NCBI GenBank assembly: GCA_002415345.1
Contig: DHXV01000001.1
Span: 332,517 to 396,516 of the forward strand
Direction: 5' to 3'
Length of the DNA stretch: 64,000 nucleotides
DNA from: Patescibacteria group bacterium UBA5147
GTDB taxonomy: Bacteria > Patescibacteriota > Saccharimonadia > UBA4664
The notes under the pieces are model-generated. The model saw nothing but the letters and a program-made list of their open reading frames with translations. It made no database searches and was not told the origin of the DNA. Of the stretch, positions 54,311 to 63,879 are shown in pieces. The translations under genes and the position numbers were made by a program. Position 1 is the first letter of the stretch. Each line of letters opens with the position of its first letter.

Positions 54311-57169
54311 TTGGATGGCTATCCCAGCTATCCGGATAACACCCCTGCCTTGGCCAAGGCAGGGGTGTTCCCGTTTAAACCTGCAAACCTGTACAATAAC
54401 CCTATGAACAAAAAGCCTCTTATCGTACTCATTGACGGCAGCGCTGTGTTTCACCGCGGCTACCATGCTATTCCGCACTTATCTACCCGCGACGGCGTCC
54501 CTACCAACGCGGTCTTGGGCTTTGCCAACATCGTATTAAAGGTCTTAAACGAGCTCAAGCCCACCTATGCCATCGTGGCCTGGGATAAATCGTCCAAGAC
54601 CTTCCGCAATGAGATGTACCCGGCTTACAAGGCTCATCGCATTAAGCAACCCGACGATCTGTACGCCCAAATTCCCGCCACCCATGAACTGGTGGACGCG
54701 CTGCACCTGCCGTGGATTGAGCTGCAAAACTACGAGGCCGATGACATCATTGGAACCCTGGCTCGGATGGCCGAAGAGCGCGGCGACCTGGACATCGTCA
54801 TTGCGACCGGCGATAAGGACCAGCTCCAGCTCATCGACAACCGTACCGTGGTCGACATGTTCAATCCGCGTGGATCGGAGCCCACCCGCTACGACTTGGC
54901 TAAGATGCAGGAACGTTACGGCATGACCCCGGCGCAGTTCATCGACTACAAGGCGCTGGTGGGCGACCCGAGTGATAATATTCCCGGCGTAGCCGGCATT
55001 GGCGACGTGGGCGCACGCAAATTGATCGCCGAGTTCACTACGCTCGACGGAATTTATGAGAACCTTGATAAGATTCCTGGCAAAACCGGCGAGAAGCTGC
55101 GTGATAACCGTGAAATGGCCTACTTGAGCCGGAAGTTGTCGGTTATAGTGCTGGACGCCCCAGTGGAGTTGGATCTAAAAGCGGCACGGGTCGGCCATTA
55201 CGACCGCGAGCACGTTACGGCTTTGTTCCATCGGTTGGAATTCCGCAGTCTGCTGGCCAAACTGCCGCCCCAAATGAGCGATGCGCCAGCTGGGGCCGAA
55301 CCTGCCGGACCGTTGACGCTCTTCGCCCAGAGTGATGCGGCACCCGGCAATGCTGCAACGCCGCCCTCGCGCAAGCATTTGGAGACGGTGAGGTATCAGG
55401 CCATAACGACGCCGCCCGAGTTTAATGCCTTTATGGATAGGCTGGAGGCCCAATCAAACTTTGCCTTTGATACTGAGACGACGTCGGTGGACGTGAGCGT
55501 AGCCGAGCTCGTGGGGTTATCGTTTTCCTGGGAAGACGGTGTGGCGTTCTATATTCCCGTCGGTCATGCAGAGGGGGCACAACTTGATCGCCAGCTGGTG
55601 CTGGACCGCCTGAAGCCGGTTCTTGAGGACAAAGACAAGGGAGTTTACGGCCACAACATCAAATATGACGTCTCGATGCTGGCAAAATACGGCGTTCATA
55701 TCGGCACAGTTGCCTTTGATACTATGATCGCGGCATTTTTGATAAATTCCGCCGGCCGCTCGCAATCGCTGGACGACCTGGCTTACAGCGAACTGGGTAT
55801 TGAGATGATTCCGATCAGCGAGATGATCGGCACCGGCAAAACTCAGACGACCTTTGACCAGGTCACTATTAAGGATGCCACGGTTTATGCCGCCGAAGAC
55901 GCGGACATGTCCTGGCGTCTGGCAATCAAATTACAGAAACAGCTTGAAGACGAAAAATTGGACGATCTCGCCCGCCTGATGGAATGGCCGCTTATTTCGA
56001 TATTATCCAAAATGGAACTGGCCGGCATCGAACTTGACGCTCCGTTCCTGCGCAAGTTCGGGGACCGGCTGAATCTTGAACTGGGGAAGCTCAAAGCCAC
56101 CATATTTGACCTGGCCGGAGAAGAATTTAACCTCAACAGCCCCTCGCAACTGGCGCAGGTTCTGTATGGCAGCCTGGGCCTATCGACGGTCGGACTCAAA
56201 AAAGGCAAGACGGGCTTCTCGACGGCCGCTGGCGAGCTGGAGAAGCTGCGGGAATCGCATCCGATAATTGAGCACATCATGCGGTTCCGCGAGTATGACA
56301 AGCTAAAAAATACCTATGTCGACGCTCTGCCGCTGTTGGTTAAGGCCGATGGCCGTATTCATACCAGTTTCAATCAAACTATTGCCCAAACCGGCCGGCT
56401 GAGCTCAACTAACCCCAACTTGCAGAACATACCGGTGCGGACGGAGATCGGCCGGGAGATCCGCCAGGCCTTTGTGGCGCCGAAGGGCCGCGTATTCGTA
56501 GGTGCGGACTATTCGCAGATCGAACTGCGCGTCGCCGCGGCCTTGGCCCATGACGAAAACATGATCGAGACCTTCAGGAAGGGCATCGACCTGCATCAAC
56601 AGACCGCCGCTGAGCTGTTTGGCGTACCACTTGAAACGGTGACTAAGGAGCAACGGTACAACTCAAAGACTATCAACTTCGGCGTGCTCTACGGCATGAG
56701 CGCGCATGGTCTCAGTGTTGCCACCGGCATGGACCAGAAACAAGCCGCCGATTTCATCATGCGCTACTTTGAAGTGCGGCCAAAGTTAGCACAGTACATC
56801 GAAGACACCAAGAAGTTCGCCCATGACAACCTCTACACCGCCACCATGTTCGGCCGCCGCCGTCCGTGCCCGGAAATCCGCAGCACCAACTTCCAAATTC
56901 GCCAGAGTGCCGAGCGCGTGGCCGTGAACGTCCCCATCCAGGGCACCGCCGCCGATATCTATAAACTGGCAATGATCGCCTTAGACGCCCGCCTGGACGA
57001 CGACTGCCTGCTGCTGCTCCAGATTCACGACGAACTCATCGTGGAGGCGCCGGAGGCCAAGGCTGAAGCCGTAGCCGAATTGATGCGCGACGTCATGGTT
57101 AACGTCTACGACCTGGGTGTGCCATTGGCCGTCGATACCGCAATCGGGAAGAACTGGGGCGAAATTTAA
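54311..57169 (+). CDS. polA: DNA polymerase I (5'-3' exonuclease + 3'-5' exonuclease-like + polymerase domains); likely true start at Met32 (54404).
   Basis: 5' nuclease motifs (LIDGSAVFHRGYHA), Pol A motif A DYSQIELR, motif B RRRPCPEIRS...K, motif C QIHDELIVE. Confidence 0.95.
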   Translation: MDGYPSYPDNTPALAKAGVFPFKPANLYNNPMNKKPLIVLIDGSAVFHRGYHAIPHLSTRDGVPTNAVLGFANIVLKVLNELKPTYAIVAWDKSSKTFRNEMYPAYKAHRIKQPDDLYAQIPATHELVDALHLPWIELQNYEADDIIGTLARMAEERGDLDIVIATGDKDQLQLIDNRTVVDMFNPRGSEPTRYDLAKMQERYGMTPAQFIDYKALVGDPSDNIPGVAGIGDVGARKLIAEFTTLDGIYENLDKIPGKTGEKLRDNREMAYLSRKLSVIVLDAPVELDLKAARVGHYDREHVTALFHRLEFRSLLAKLPPQMSDAPAGAEPAGPLTLFAQSDAAPGNAATPPSRKHLETVRYQAITTPPEFNAFMDRLEAQSNFAFDTETTSVDVSVAELVGLSFSWEDGVAFYIPVGHAEGAQLDRQLVLDRLKPVLEDKDKGVYGHNIKYDVSMLAKYGVHIGTVAFDTMIAAFLINSAGRSQSLDDLAYSELGIEMIPISEMIGTGKTQTTFDQVTIKDATVYAAEDADMSWRLAIKLQKQLEDEKLDDLARLMEWPLISILSKMELAGIELDAPFLRKFGDRLNLELGKLKATIFDLAGEEFNLNSPSQLAQVLYGSLGLSTVGLKKGKTGFSTAAGELEKLRESHPIIEHIMRFREYDKLKNTYVDALPLLVKADGRIHTSFNQTIAQTGRLSSTNPNLQNIPVRTEIGREIRQAFVAPKGRVFVGADYSQIELRVAAALAHDENMIETFRKGIDLHQQTAAELFGVPLETVTKEQRYNSKTINFGVLYGMSAHGLSVATGMDQKQAADFIMRYFEVRPKLAQYIEDTKKFAHDNLYTATMFGRRRPCPEIRSTNFQIRQSAERVAVNVPIQGTAADIYKLAMIALDARLDDDCLLLLQIHDELIVEAPEAKAEAVAELMRDVMVNVYDLGVPLAVDTAIGKNWGEI

Positions 57170-57172
57170 GCG

Positions 57173-57478
57173 CTATATCGCGCAGATCGACATTCCGATG
57201 AACATGGCGCTAAGAATGCCGCCGCTGATGAGCAGTGCGAATACCGTGGCGAAATAGGCCGTTTTCTCGGCTTCCCAGTTCTGGCGCAAGCGGATGGCTC
57301 CAAGGAGGAATACGACGTATGCGACGGCGGCAATGCTGAACTGGATAAGGGACAATTCAAAATTGGGTGAGACCTTAACGCCGGGACAGCTGGGATTGCC
57401 AGTAAGTGTTAATACGCCCTGCATCAGGGAAAGGAAGGCGATAAGTCCGGCTGAGGCTACTATTACCAGCCGTCGCAT
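57173..57478 (-). CDS. Small 3-TM membrane protein (about 101 aa; internal start of track ORF 57173-57760).
   Basis: The N-terminal 94 codons of the track ORF overlap the DUF427 gene in another frame. Met95 begins the hydrophobic protein MRRLVIVASAGLIAFLSL... Confidence 0.45.
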   Translation of the reverse strand: MRRLVIVASAGLIAFLSLMQGVLTLTGNPSCPGVKVSPNFELSLIQFSIAAVAYVVFLLGAIRLRQNWEAEKTAYFATVFALLISGGILSAMFIGMSICAI

Positions 57479-57518
57479 CGGTATCGGCCGCGAATTGGTA
57501 TTAAATAATTTTCTCATC

Positions 57519-57815
57519 CTAGACTCTAACCTCGACGCCGCGCCAGAACGCCATGTAGTCGGTGAAATCTGTCCCGGTCTTTTTGATGGCCGCCGGAAGG
57601 GGTGTCTCATAGGTCCAGGCCATATCCTTGTTTTCTTCGCCCTCAACCATGAGGGAATAGTAGGTGCATTCGCCTTTCCACGAGCTGACATACGGGGTAT
57701 CCGAGGGAACAAGATATTCGCGATGCACCGAGTCGGGCGGGAAGTACTCGTTGCCTTCAATGTTGATGGTCTTTTCAGATTCGGCGATTACCGCCCCATT
57801 CCAGACTGCTTTCAT
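57519..57815 (-). CDS. DUF427-domain protein.
   Basis: MKAVWNGAVIAESEKTINIEGNEYFP...CTYYSL...AFWRGVEV matches the conserved DUF427 pattern. Confidence 0.65.
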   Translation of the reverse strand: MKAVWNGAVIAESEKTINIEGNEYFPPDSVHREYLVPSDTPYVSSWKGECTYYSLMVEGEENKDMAWTYETPLPAAIKKTGTDFTDYMAFWRGVEVRV

Positions 57816-57911
57816 GATTTTCCCTCTTGTTACGGTTAAGTATACATGAAAGCCCCAGATTAGCGGCTGCTTGTGTTGAAAGGTATACTTGAGGGGTAAT
57901 AGGGGAAGATT

Positions 57912-58790
57912 ATGCCGGAGGGTCCAGAGGTTGAAACAATCAGACGCGGGCTGGAGCTGGGCATTGTCGGCCAGACTTTAGGTGCGGTCGAGGTGCTGTG
58001 GGAGAAAAGCTTCCCAGTGCCGCTGGATTTAATCGCCCAGATAGTGACGGGCTCAAAAATCACGCACCTCGGCCGGCGGGCGAAGGTGCTCATCATTGAG
58101 CTGGATAATGGCTATTCGCTGCTTTTCCACCTCAAAATGACCGGCCAACTGGTGCTCGTTAAGGCTGACGGTGAGCGTTTTGCGGGCGGGCACCCCACCT
58201 TGAGCATGAGGGACGCTCTGCCTGACCGCAGCACCAAGGTTATCTTTGACTTTGAAAGCGGCGACCGGCTGTTTTTTAACGATTTTCGCAAGTTCGGCTG
58301 GATCAAGCTGGTGCAGACGGACGAAATCGAGCTTGACTCGCTGGTGGCACGACTGGGGCCCGAGGCGTTGTCAGAGGGGTTTACGCCAGCCTTTCTGCAA
58401 TCACAACTGGACCGACACAAACGCGCGCCAATAAAGCCGGTCATCCTGGATCAATCGACGGTGGCAGGCATCGGGAACATTTACGCCGATGAGTGTCTGC
58501 ATTTGGCCAGGCTGCATCCGCAGCGCCTCTGCGGCAGCCTGACATCAGGCGAGGTAAAGCGGTTGCACGCGGCAATCCGCGACATCATCGCCTCCGGCAT
58601 CGAGCACGGCGGTACCAGCTTCTCGAGCTACGTCAATGCGCTTGGCGGCAAGGGGGATTATCTGGATCACGCCCGCGTCTTTCGCCGCGACGGCCAGTCC
58701 TGTCCGCTACACCCGGATACGCTAATCGAGAAATTCAAGGTTGCCGGCCGCGGGACGCACATTTGCCCAAAGTGCCAGCCTAAGCCGTAG
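57912..58790 (+). CDS. fpg: Formamidopyrimidine-DNA glycosylase (Fpg/MutM, Fpg/Nei family).
   Basis: N-terminal MPEGPEVE, H2TH domain, and C-terminal zinc finger CPLHPDTLIEKFKVAGRGTHICPKC. Confidence 0.9.
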   Translation: MPEGPEVETIRRGLELGIVGQTLGAVEVLWEKSFPVPLDLIAQIVTGSKITHLGRRAKVLIIELDNGYSLLFHLKMTGQLVLVKADGERFAGGHPTLSMRDALPDRSTKVIFDFESGDRLFFNDFRKFGWIKLVQTDEIELDSLVARLGPEALSEGFTPAFLQSQLDRHKRAPIKPVILDQSTVAGIGNIYADECLHLARLHPQRLCGSLTSGEVKRLHAAIRDIIASGIEHGGTSFSSYVNALGGKGDYLDHARVFRRDGQSCPLHPDTLIEKFKVAGRGTHICPKCQPKP

Positions 58791-58821
58791 CTGGGAATAC
58801 TGGATAAGGTAAGATAAAGCC

Positions 58822-59784
58822 ATGACGTTATTCTTTTACGGACCGAATACTTATCTGATGCGCCGCCAGATTGACCAGATGGTGGCGGCGTTCATCAAGA
58901 AGACCGGCTCGGATCTGGGGCTTGAGCGTGTCGACGGGCTGGTAGCCAAGCCGGACGGGGTGCGGGCCGCCCTTCAGGCCACGCCGTTCCTGTCGACGAG
59001 CCGGCTGGTCATCATTGACGGCCTGGCGGCCAACAAGGCCACCTTTGAGAAGCTCGGCAACCCTTTGGAACTGGTGCCCCAGACCACCGTGGCGGTCTTT
59101 GTCGAGTCCGCCGTCGACCAGCGCACCACGGCCTTTAAACTTCTCGGCGGTGCCAACAAGGTGGTAAAATTCGAATCCCAAACGTCGGCCCAGCTGACGC
59201 TGTGGTGCAAGCGGCTCATCGAGGAAGCCGGGGGCACGGCCGAGCGGGGAGCCATCGTTGAACTGTTGAAGCTGGCCGGCGAGGACCAATGGCGCCTGAG
59301 CGAGGAAATTACCAAACTGGTCAATTACTCGCCGCAGGTTACGGTCGAGTCGGTCCGAGTGCTGGTGGTTGCAAGTCCCGAGGTCAGTATTTTTGACCTG
59401 GTTGAGGCGATGACGGCCGGACGTACCGCCGACGCCTACGCGGCCCGGGCTGTCCTGGCAAACCAGAAACAGGATGATATCTATGTCCTGTCGATGATCC
59501 AGTGGCAGCTACGTAACCTGCTGCTCGCCAAAGTCGCGCCGTCCGGAATCACGTCGGCCGAGTTGGCCAAAGCCGCGGGCATGTCGCCGTATGTGGCCGG
59601 GAAAATGCAGTCGGCGGCCAGCAACCATGCCCAGGAGGTGCTGACGGCCGGCCTCAAACTGGCTATCGATTACGAGCATGAGATAAAATCCGGCCGGCGG
59701 GCCAGCGAGGCGGCAGTGGAACAGCTGATATACCGTGTGTCGGTAGCGGCCGCTAGTAGCCGTTCTCCGCGTCGAACTGCTTGA
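58822..59784 (+). CDS. holA: DNA polymerase III subunit delta.
   Basis: LFFYGPNTYLMRRQIDQ and the delta N-terminal fold pattern. 320 aa. Confidence 0.7.
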   Translation: MTLFFYGPNTYLMRRQIDQMVAAFIKKTGSDLGLERVDGLVAKPDGVRAALQATPFLSTSRLVIIDGLAANKATFEKLGNPLELVPQTTVAVFVESAVDQRTTAFKLLGGANKVVKFESQTSAQLTLWCKRLIEEAGGTAERGAIVELLKLAGEDQWRLSEEITKLVNYSPQVTVESVRVLVVASPEVSIFDLVEAMTAGRTADAYAARAVLANQKQDDIYVLSMIQWQLRNLLLAKVAPSGITSAELAKAAGMSPYVAGKMQSAASNHAQEVLTAGLKLAIDYEHEIKSGRRASEAAVEQLIYRVSVAAASSRSPRRTA

Positions 59785-59986
59785 TTTCTTCAAGCAGGGC
59801 CTCCAGCTCGCTGATGAGCTGGCCGACGGCCAGGAGTTCGGTTTGTGCCAGCCAGGCATTGCCCGGGGTGGTAGCGTAGTCGCGCAGCCGTGCCGAACGG
59901 TCGGTGATTTCTTCGATCATTTCCAATAGTTGGACGCGTAAGGGGTCGATTTGAGGTTTTGCCATATCTATCAGATTACAGGTCAC
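59753..59986 (-). CDS. Small helical hypothetical protein (70-77 aa), convergently overlapping the holA 3' end.
   Basis: ORF. GTG at 59986 or ATG at 59965. Confidence 0.4.
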   Translation of the reverse strand: MTCNLIDMAKPQIDPLRVQLLEMIEEITDRSARLRDYATTPGNAWLAQTELLAVGQLISELEALLEEIKQFDAENGY

Positions 59987-60208
59987 AGGCGATGAGGTCT
60001 ACGGATGGGTCTGTTTTGGTGTACCCTGCTGCTTATTTTGTGAGTTTCGGGTATTTCTTATAAGTGTGAGTGGGCCTGGTTGTGGCTGGGCCGGCGGCTG
60101 CTGAATCTGTTTCTACTCTTCTAGTCGTAGGTCGATTTTGTATCATGGGGCGATCTACGGCTGTATTGTCGCATTGTCCTACTCCTATCGGCGACTCGAG
60201 TAGCCGAT

Positions 60209-60261
60209 TATAGTCCAGTGGACTATAAAAAAGCCCCATTATTATAGTCCACTGGACTATA
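60209..60261. promoter_or_regulatory. 53-bp double-palindrome operator module, copy C (TATAGTCCAGTGGACTATA-AAAAAGCCCCATTAT-TATAGTCCACTGGACTATA), about 225 nt upstream of the 59753-59986 gene; a flanking imperfect palindrome ATCGGCGACTCGAGTAGCCGAT lies at 60186-60207.
   Basis: Same architecture and near-identical sequence as copy B. Confidence 0.6.
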
Positions 60262-60317
60262 AGTTAGGTAAGCAGTAGTCCCTCCTGATGCGGCGCTCTA
60301 CCTCAACCGCACGTAAT

Positions 60318-60905
60318 CTACTTTTTAACGGCCAACGCCGCCGTGTAGGTCCGGCTTTGCTTGAGTTTATCGTAGTTGCCGAAGACCTCGGTAAGGTTGC
60401 GCTTCATATAGTCCTTGAGACCGGAAATCGTCACCACGTAGAGCTTCCCGCCAGGGTTGAGGCGGGCAAAGGCGTCGTTTAGGAAAATACTGAGCAGCTC
60501 GCCGCCGATTTTTGCGGGGATATTGGATACGATGACATCGAATTTGAGAGAAGGATCCACATGGCTGAAGCCGTTGGATAGGTAACACTGGGCGTTAGCA
60601 AGGCCGTTAAGTTTGGCATTCTTGGCGGAGTATTCGACGGCCACAAAGTCCTTGTCCACCAGATGCACCTGACCCTTGGGAGCGAGTTTGGCCAGAGTCA
60701 GGCCGAGCGGCCCATAACCGCAACCCAAATCCAAACACACGGCGTCTGGCGCGACTTCCAGATACTTTGCGAGCAGCTCCGTGCCTTCATCGATCCCGCG
60801 TGGGCTGAATAGACCCCAGGTGCTGACGTAGGTGAGTTTCTGGTCGTGCAGCGTAGCGCTAAAGGTCAGGTCGTTTTTGAGTTGGCTGGTATCAGTACTT
60901 GTCAT
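60318..60905 (-). CDS. Class I SAM-dependent methyltransferase (RsmC/RlmG-like small-domain rRNA MTase family).
   Basis: VCLDLGCGYGPLGL (motif I) and VIVSNIPAKIG (motif IV-like NPP variant). Confidence 0.7.
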   Translation of the reverse strand: MTSTDTSQLKNDLTFSATLHDQKLTYVSTWGLFSPRGIDEGTELLAKYLEVAPDAVCLDLGCGYGPLGLTLAKLAPKGQVHLVDKDFVAVEYSAKNAKLNGLANAQCYLSNGFSHVDPSLKFDVIVSNIPAKIGGELLSIFLNDAFARLNPGGKLYVVTISGLKDYMKRNLTEVFGNYDKLKQSRTYTAALAVKK

Positions 60906-60956
60906 ATGGTTTTAAGTGTAATCCAAAAGAGGCCCGGAGGCCTCTTGGTTGGGGAG

Positions 60957-61394
60957 CTATTTGGCGGCGGTTTTCTTGGCGGGAGCCTTTTTGGCTACCG
61001 GCTTCTTTTCAGCGGCTGGTTTCTTCTCCGCGGGCTTCTTGGCGGCGGTGGCGGCCTTTTTGGCGGTCGGCTTGGTGGCAGCTTTCTTAGGGGCTTTTAC
61101 CTTAGTCTCAGCGGCCGGCTTAGCTTCGGCGCCTTCGGCTTTCGCCACGGCAGTGGCAAGTTGGCTCTTGCGGCGGGCAGCCGTATTCTTGTGCAGGGTG
61201 TGCTTCTTTACAGCTCGGTCGATTTCCGAGTAGGCGGCAGCCAGCTTGGTCTGGATTTCGGAGGCTTCACCCGTAACAATGGCTGCGTGCAGGGCAGTCA
61301 CGTCTGCCTTGACGGCGCGCTTTACCTGCAGGTTGCGGCTGCGGCGGACCAGAGACTGCTTGGCTCGTTTAATGGCTTGCTTGATAATCGGCAT
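60957..61394 (-). CDS. rpsT: 30S ribosomal protein S20 with a roughly 60-aa Lys/Ala/Pro-rich C-terminal extension.
   Basis: MPIIKQAIKRAKQSLVRRSRN...EIDRAVKKHTLHKNTAARRKSQL, then an AKKPAEKKPAAEKKP tail. Confidence 0.85.
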   Translation of the reverse strand: MPIIKQAIKRAKQSLVRRSRNLQVKRAVKADVTALHAAIVTGEASEIQTKLAAAYSEIDRAVKKHTLHKNTAARRKSQLATAVAKAEGAEAKPAAETKVKAPKKAATKPTAKKAATAAKKPAEKKPAAEKKPVAKKAPAKKTAAK

Positions 61395-61602
61395 GAGTAA
61401 TCCTTGTAAATAATTTAGCGTACGTTGTCCCCGGAGGAGAGATTGGCGCCATCGGCGGCCAAATACTCAAGGAATATACCGCAATTGATGCGGTTTGTAA
61501 AGTTTACCAGGCATAACCTGTCCGAATCATAAGCGTAAACGTTGACAAAATGCTTATTTATTGGTATGTTAGTGAATTGTTTAATCTCTTAGGCTATCGC
61601 AC

Positions 61603-62967
61603 ATGAACCAAGACCTCACCCCGAAGCAACAGACATCCGAGGCTATCCGGCAAGCGGAAACCATCCTCATAACGACCGGCCAGCATCCCAGCGTTGACCA
61701 GGTTACGGCAGTGTTGTCGTTGGCGGCCTTGCTGCGCAAATTCGGGAAGAAGGTCAGCGTCGTCATATCCGACGCCTTGCCAACCCAGGTTCAGTTCCTG
61801 GATTCGTCAATGGTAAGTCAGAGCCTGAGCGGACTCCGTGACTTCATCGTTAAAGTGGACCTGACACGGGCGGAAGTCGATAAGCTGCGTTATGAGGTGC
61901 AGGACGGCAAGCTCAACGTCTTTATCACCCCTTTCCAGGGAGGCTTTCAGCAAAGCGATGTCAGCTTCGGCTATGGCGACTACCACTTTGACCTGGCAAT
62001 TGTGCTGGGAGTTCCGACGCACACCCGAATAGACCGCGTTTATAGCGACAATCAAAGTTTGTTCAACACGATACCTGTGTTGAACTTGGATTATCATCGC
62101 AGTAATGAGAATTTCGGGGCGGTCAATCTAATTGAGTCCACCGCTTCCAGCTTGTGCGAAATTTTGGTGGCGCTCAGCGAGAGTCTTCAGACCGGTCTGA
62201 TTGACGCCGACATCGCGACCATCATGCTTACGGGCCTCATCAGTTCCACCGACCGTTTTACCGCCAGCCACACTACTGCCAAGAGCATGACGGTAGCCGC
62301 TCAGCTGATGGCGGCGGGTGCTCGCCAGCAGGCAATTATCAAGGGGCTTTACCACGACAACCGCGATAGTTCCGACCGCCAGCCGGCCCGCTCCGACCAA
62401 GCACCTCGCTCCGACCAAGCGACGCGCCCAATTCAGCCTGCACGCACTGAGCGCCAGGATCGTCCGGCCCGTCAGGACAACCGTCCCCAGGCTCAGGTTC
62501 GCCAGGATGCGCCCCGCGGGGAACGCGACGCCGATCGTAATAAGGCGGCATCAAGCCAGGAGAATAAAATTCGCCAAGATATTCCGGCCAGCACCGACGC
62601 CCATTCGTTTGAGCATCCCGCAGACGACCGGCCCGCATCGACCCCGGTAATTACCCCTGCTCCGGCGGTCGAGGCACCAGACGTAGTCTTTCCCAAGGCT
62701 GACCCCGCACCGGCAGAAATCAGCGAGCCTATCATCAACCCAAGCCATATTGAAATGAGCCGGATGGACAGTCATGCTCCAGTCAGCGATCAGCTCGCAA
62801 TCGATGTTCCGGCCATGGCCGATTTTGCCGCTGCCGCCCAGTTCCTGCGCCGCGACGACCAACATCCCGACGCGCGTCCGCAGCAGCAGCCGGAAAACCC
62901 TGCCAAGGCAGCAGAAGCTGAGCCCTCCGACCAGGCGGGCGCTAACTCTGCCCGGGATCAGGCTTAG
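61603..62967 (+). CDS. DHH-family phosphoesterase (NrnA-like) with a roughly 140-aa disordered R/Q/D/P-rich C-terminal extension.
   Basis: DHH/DHHA1 region to about residue 310, then low-complexity repeats (RQPARSDQAPRSDQATRP...). Confidence 0.6.
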   Translation: MNQDLTPKQQTSEAIRQAETILITTGQHPSVDQVTAVLSLAALLRKFGKKVSVVISDALPTQVQFLDSSMVSQSLSGLRDFIVKVDLTRAEVDKLRYEVQDGKLNVFITPFQGGFQQSDVSFGYGDYHFDLAIVLGVPTHTRIDRVYSDNQSLFNTIPVLNLDYHRSNENFGAVNLIESTASSLCEILVALSESLQTGLIDADIATIMLTGLISSTDRFTASHTTAKSMTVAAQLMAAGARQQAIIKGLYHDNRDSSDRQPARSDQAPRSDQATRPIQPARTERQDRPARQDNRPQAQVRQDAPRGERDADRNKAASSQENKIRQDIPASTDAHSFEHPADDRPASTPVITPAPAVEAPDVVFPKADPAPAEISEPIINPSHIEMSRMDSHAPVSDQLAIDVPAMADFAAAAQFLRRDDQHPDARPQQQPENPAKAAEAEPSDQAGANSARDQA

Positions 62968-63045
62968 CTGTGACGCGAACCTTGCGCGCAGCCTATCGCT
63001 CCCTATCGTTCCGCCTGGCATCATTGACGGGTTCATCGTTTATCA

Positions 63046-63879
63046 TTGAGCACGATCATGTTGAATTCAGTGTGGCTCCCAAGAAGCGCTCGTCCAAAGC
63101 TAGTGCAGCTCGGTCTGATTGCGGCCGACGTCCCGCCCACCAAAAGGCCCAGTAGCCTGCCTCAGGCCTTGTCGCATCAACCAACCTCCCGGATACTTAT
63201 AGACATGAACGGACTTTTACTCGTCAACAAACCCATCGGGATAACCAGTTTCGACATTATCCGGGTGCTGCGCCGCAAAACCGGCGTACGCAAAATCGGC
63301 CACGCCGGTACGCTTGACCCGTTGGCCTCCGGGCTCATGCTCATGCTATTCGGCACGGCCTGCAAACAGGCACAGAGCTTTTCCAAGCTCGATAAGCGCT
63401 ACGTTGCCCAGATAACGCTGGGTGCGACGTCAACGACGGGCGACAACGAAGGCGATAAAACCCCCGTGTCACACACGGCTCCCGGCGAAGCAGCGGTCCT
63501 AGCTGCCCTAAACAAGTTCCAGGGGCAATTGACGCAAATACCGTCGGCTTATTCAGCTATTAAGATTAACGGTAAGGAGGCCTACAAGCGAGCAAGGGCA
63601 GGCGAAAAAGTCGAAATGCCTAGCCGAGAAGTGATCGTCTATGAGAATAAGCTCGTTAGTTACGCCTACCCGATAGTTGAAATCGACACTAAAGTCTCCA
63701 GCGGAACCTATATTCGGACACTCGCTCAGGATATGGGGGAGGAATTGGGAACCGGCGCCTACTTGAGCGGGCTAGTTCGCACTGAAGTAGGGGAGTTTCA
63801 GCTGACAGAAGCCATTATCTTGGATGAGGCCGACGCCGCGACCGCGGCGGAGCATATGCGGGATGTCACGGCTAATTGA
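63046..63879 (+). CDS. truB: tRNA pseudouridine(55) synthase TruB; probable true start at Met54 (63205, MNGLLLVNKP).
   Basis: LLVNKPIGITSFD...GHAGTLDPLASGLM catalytic-Asp motif. Confidence 0.85.
   Translation: MSTIMLNSVWLPRSARPKLVQLGLIAADVPPTKRPSSLPQALSHQPTSRILIDMNGLLLVNKPIGITSFDIIRVLRRKTGVRKIGHAGTLDPLASGLMLMLFGTACKQAQSFSKLDKRYVAQITLGATSTTGDNEGDKTPVSHTAPGEAAVLAALNKFQGQLTQIPSAYSAIKINGKEAYKRARAGEKVEMPSREVIVYENKLVSYAYPIVEIDTKVSSGTYIRTLAQDMGEELGTGAYLSGLVRTEVGEFQLTEAIILDEADAATAAEHMRDVTAN

Noticed and set aside
57173-57760. Full-length 195-aa minus-strand ORF.
   Set aside because: The N-terminal 94 codons overlap the DUF427 gene in another frame and look non-coding; the call was trimmed to 57173-57478.
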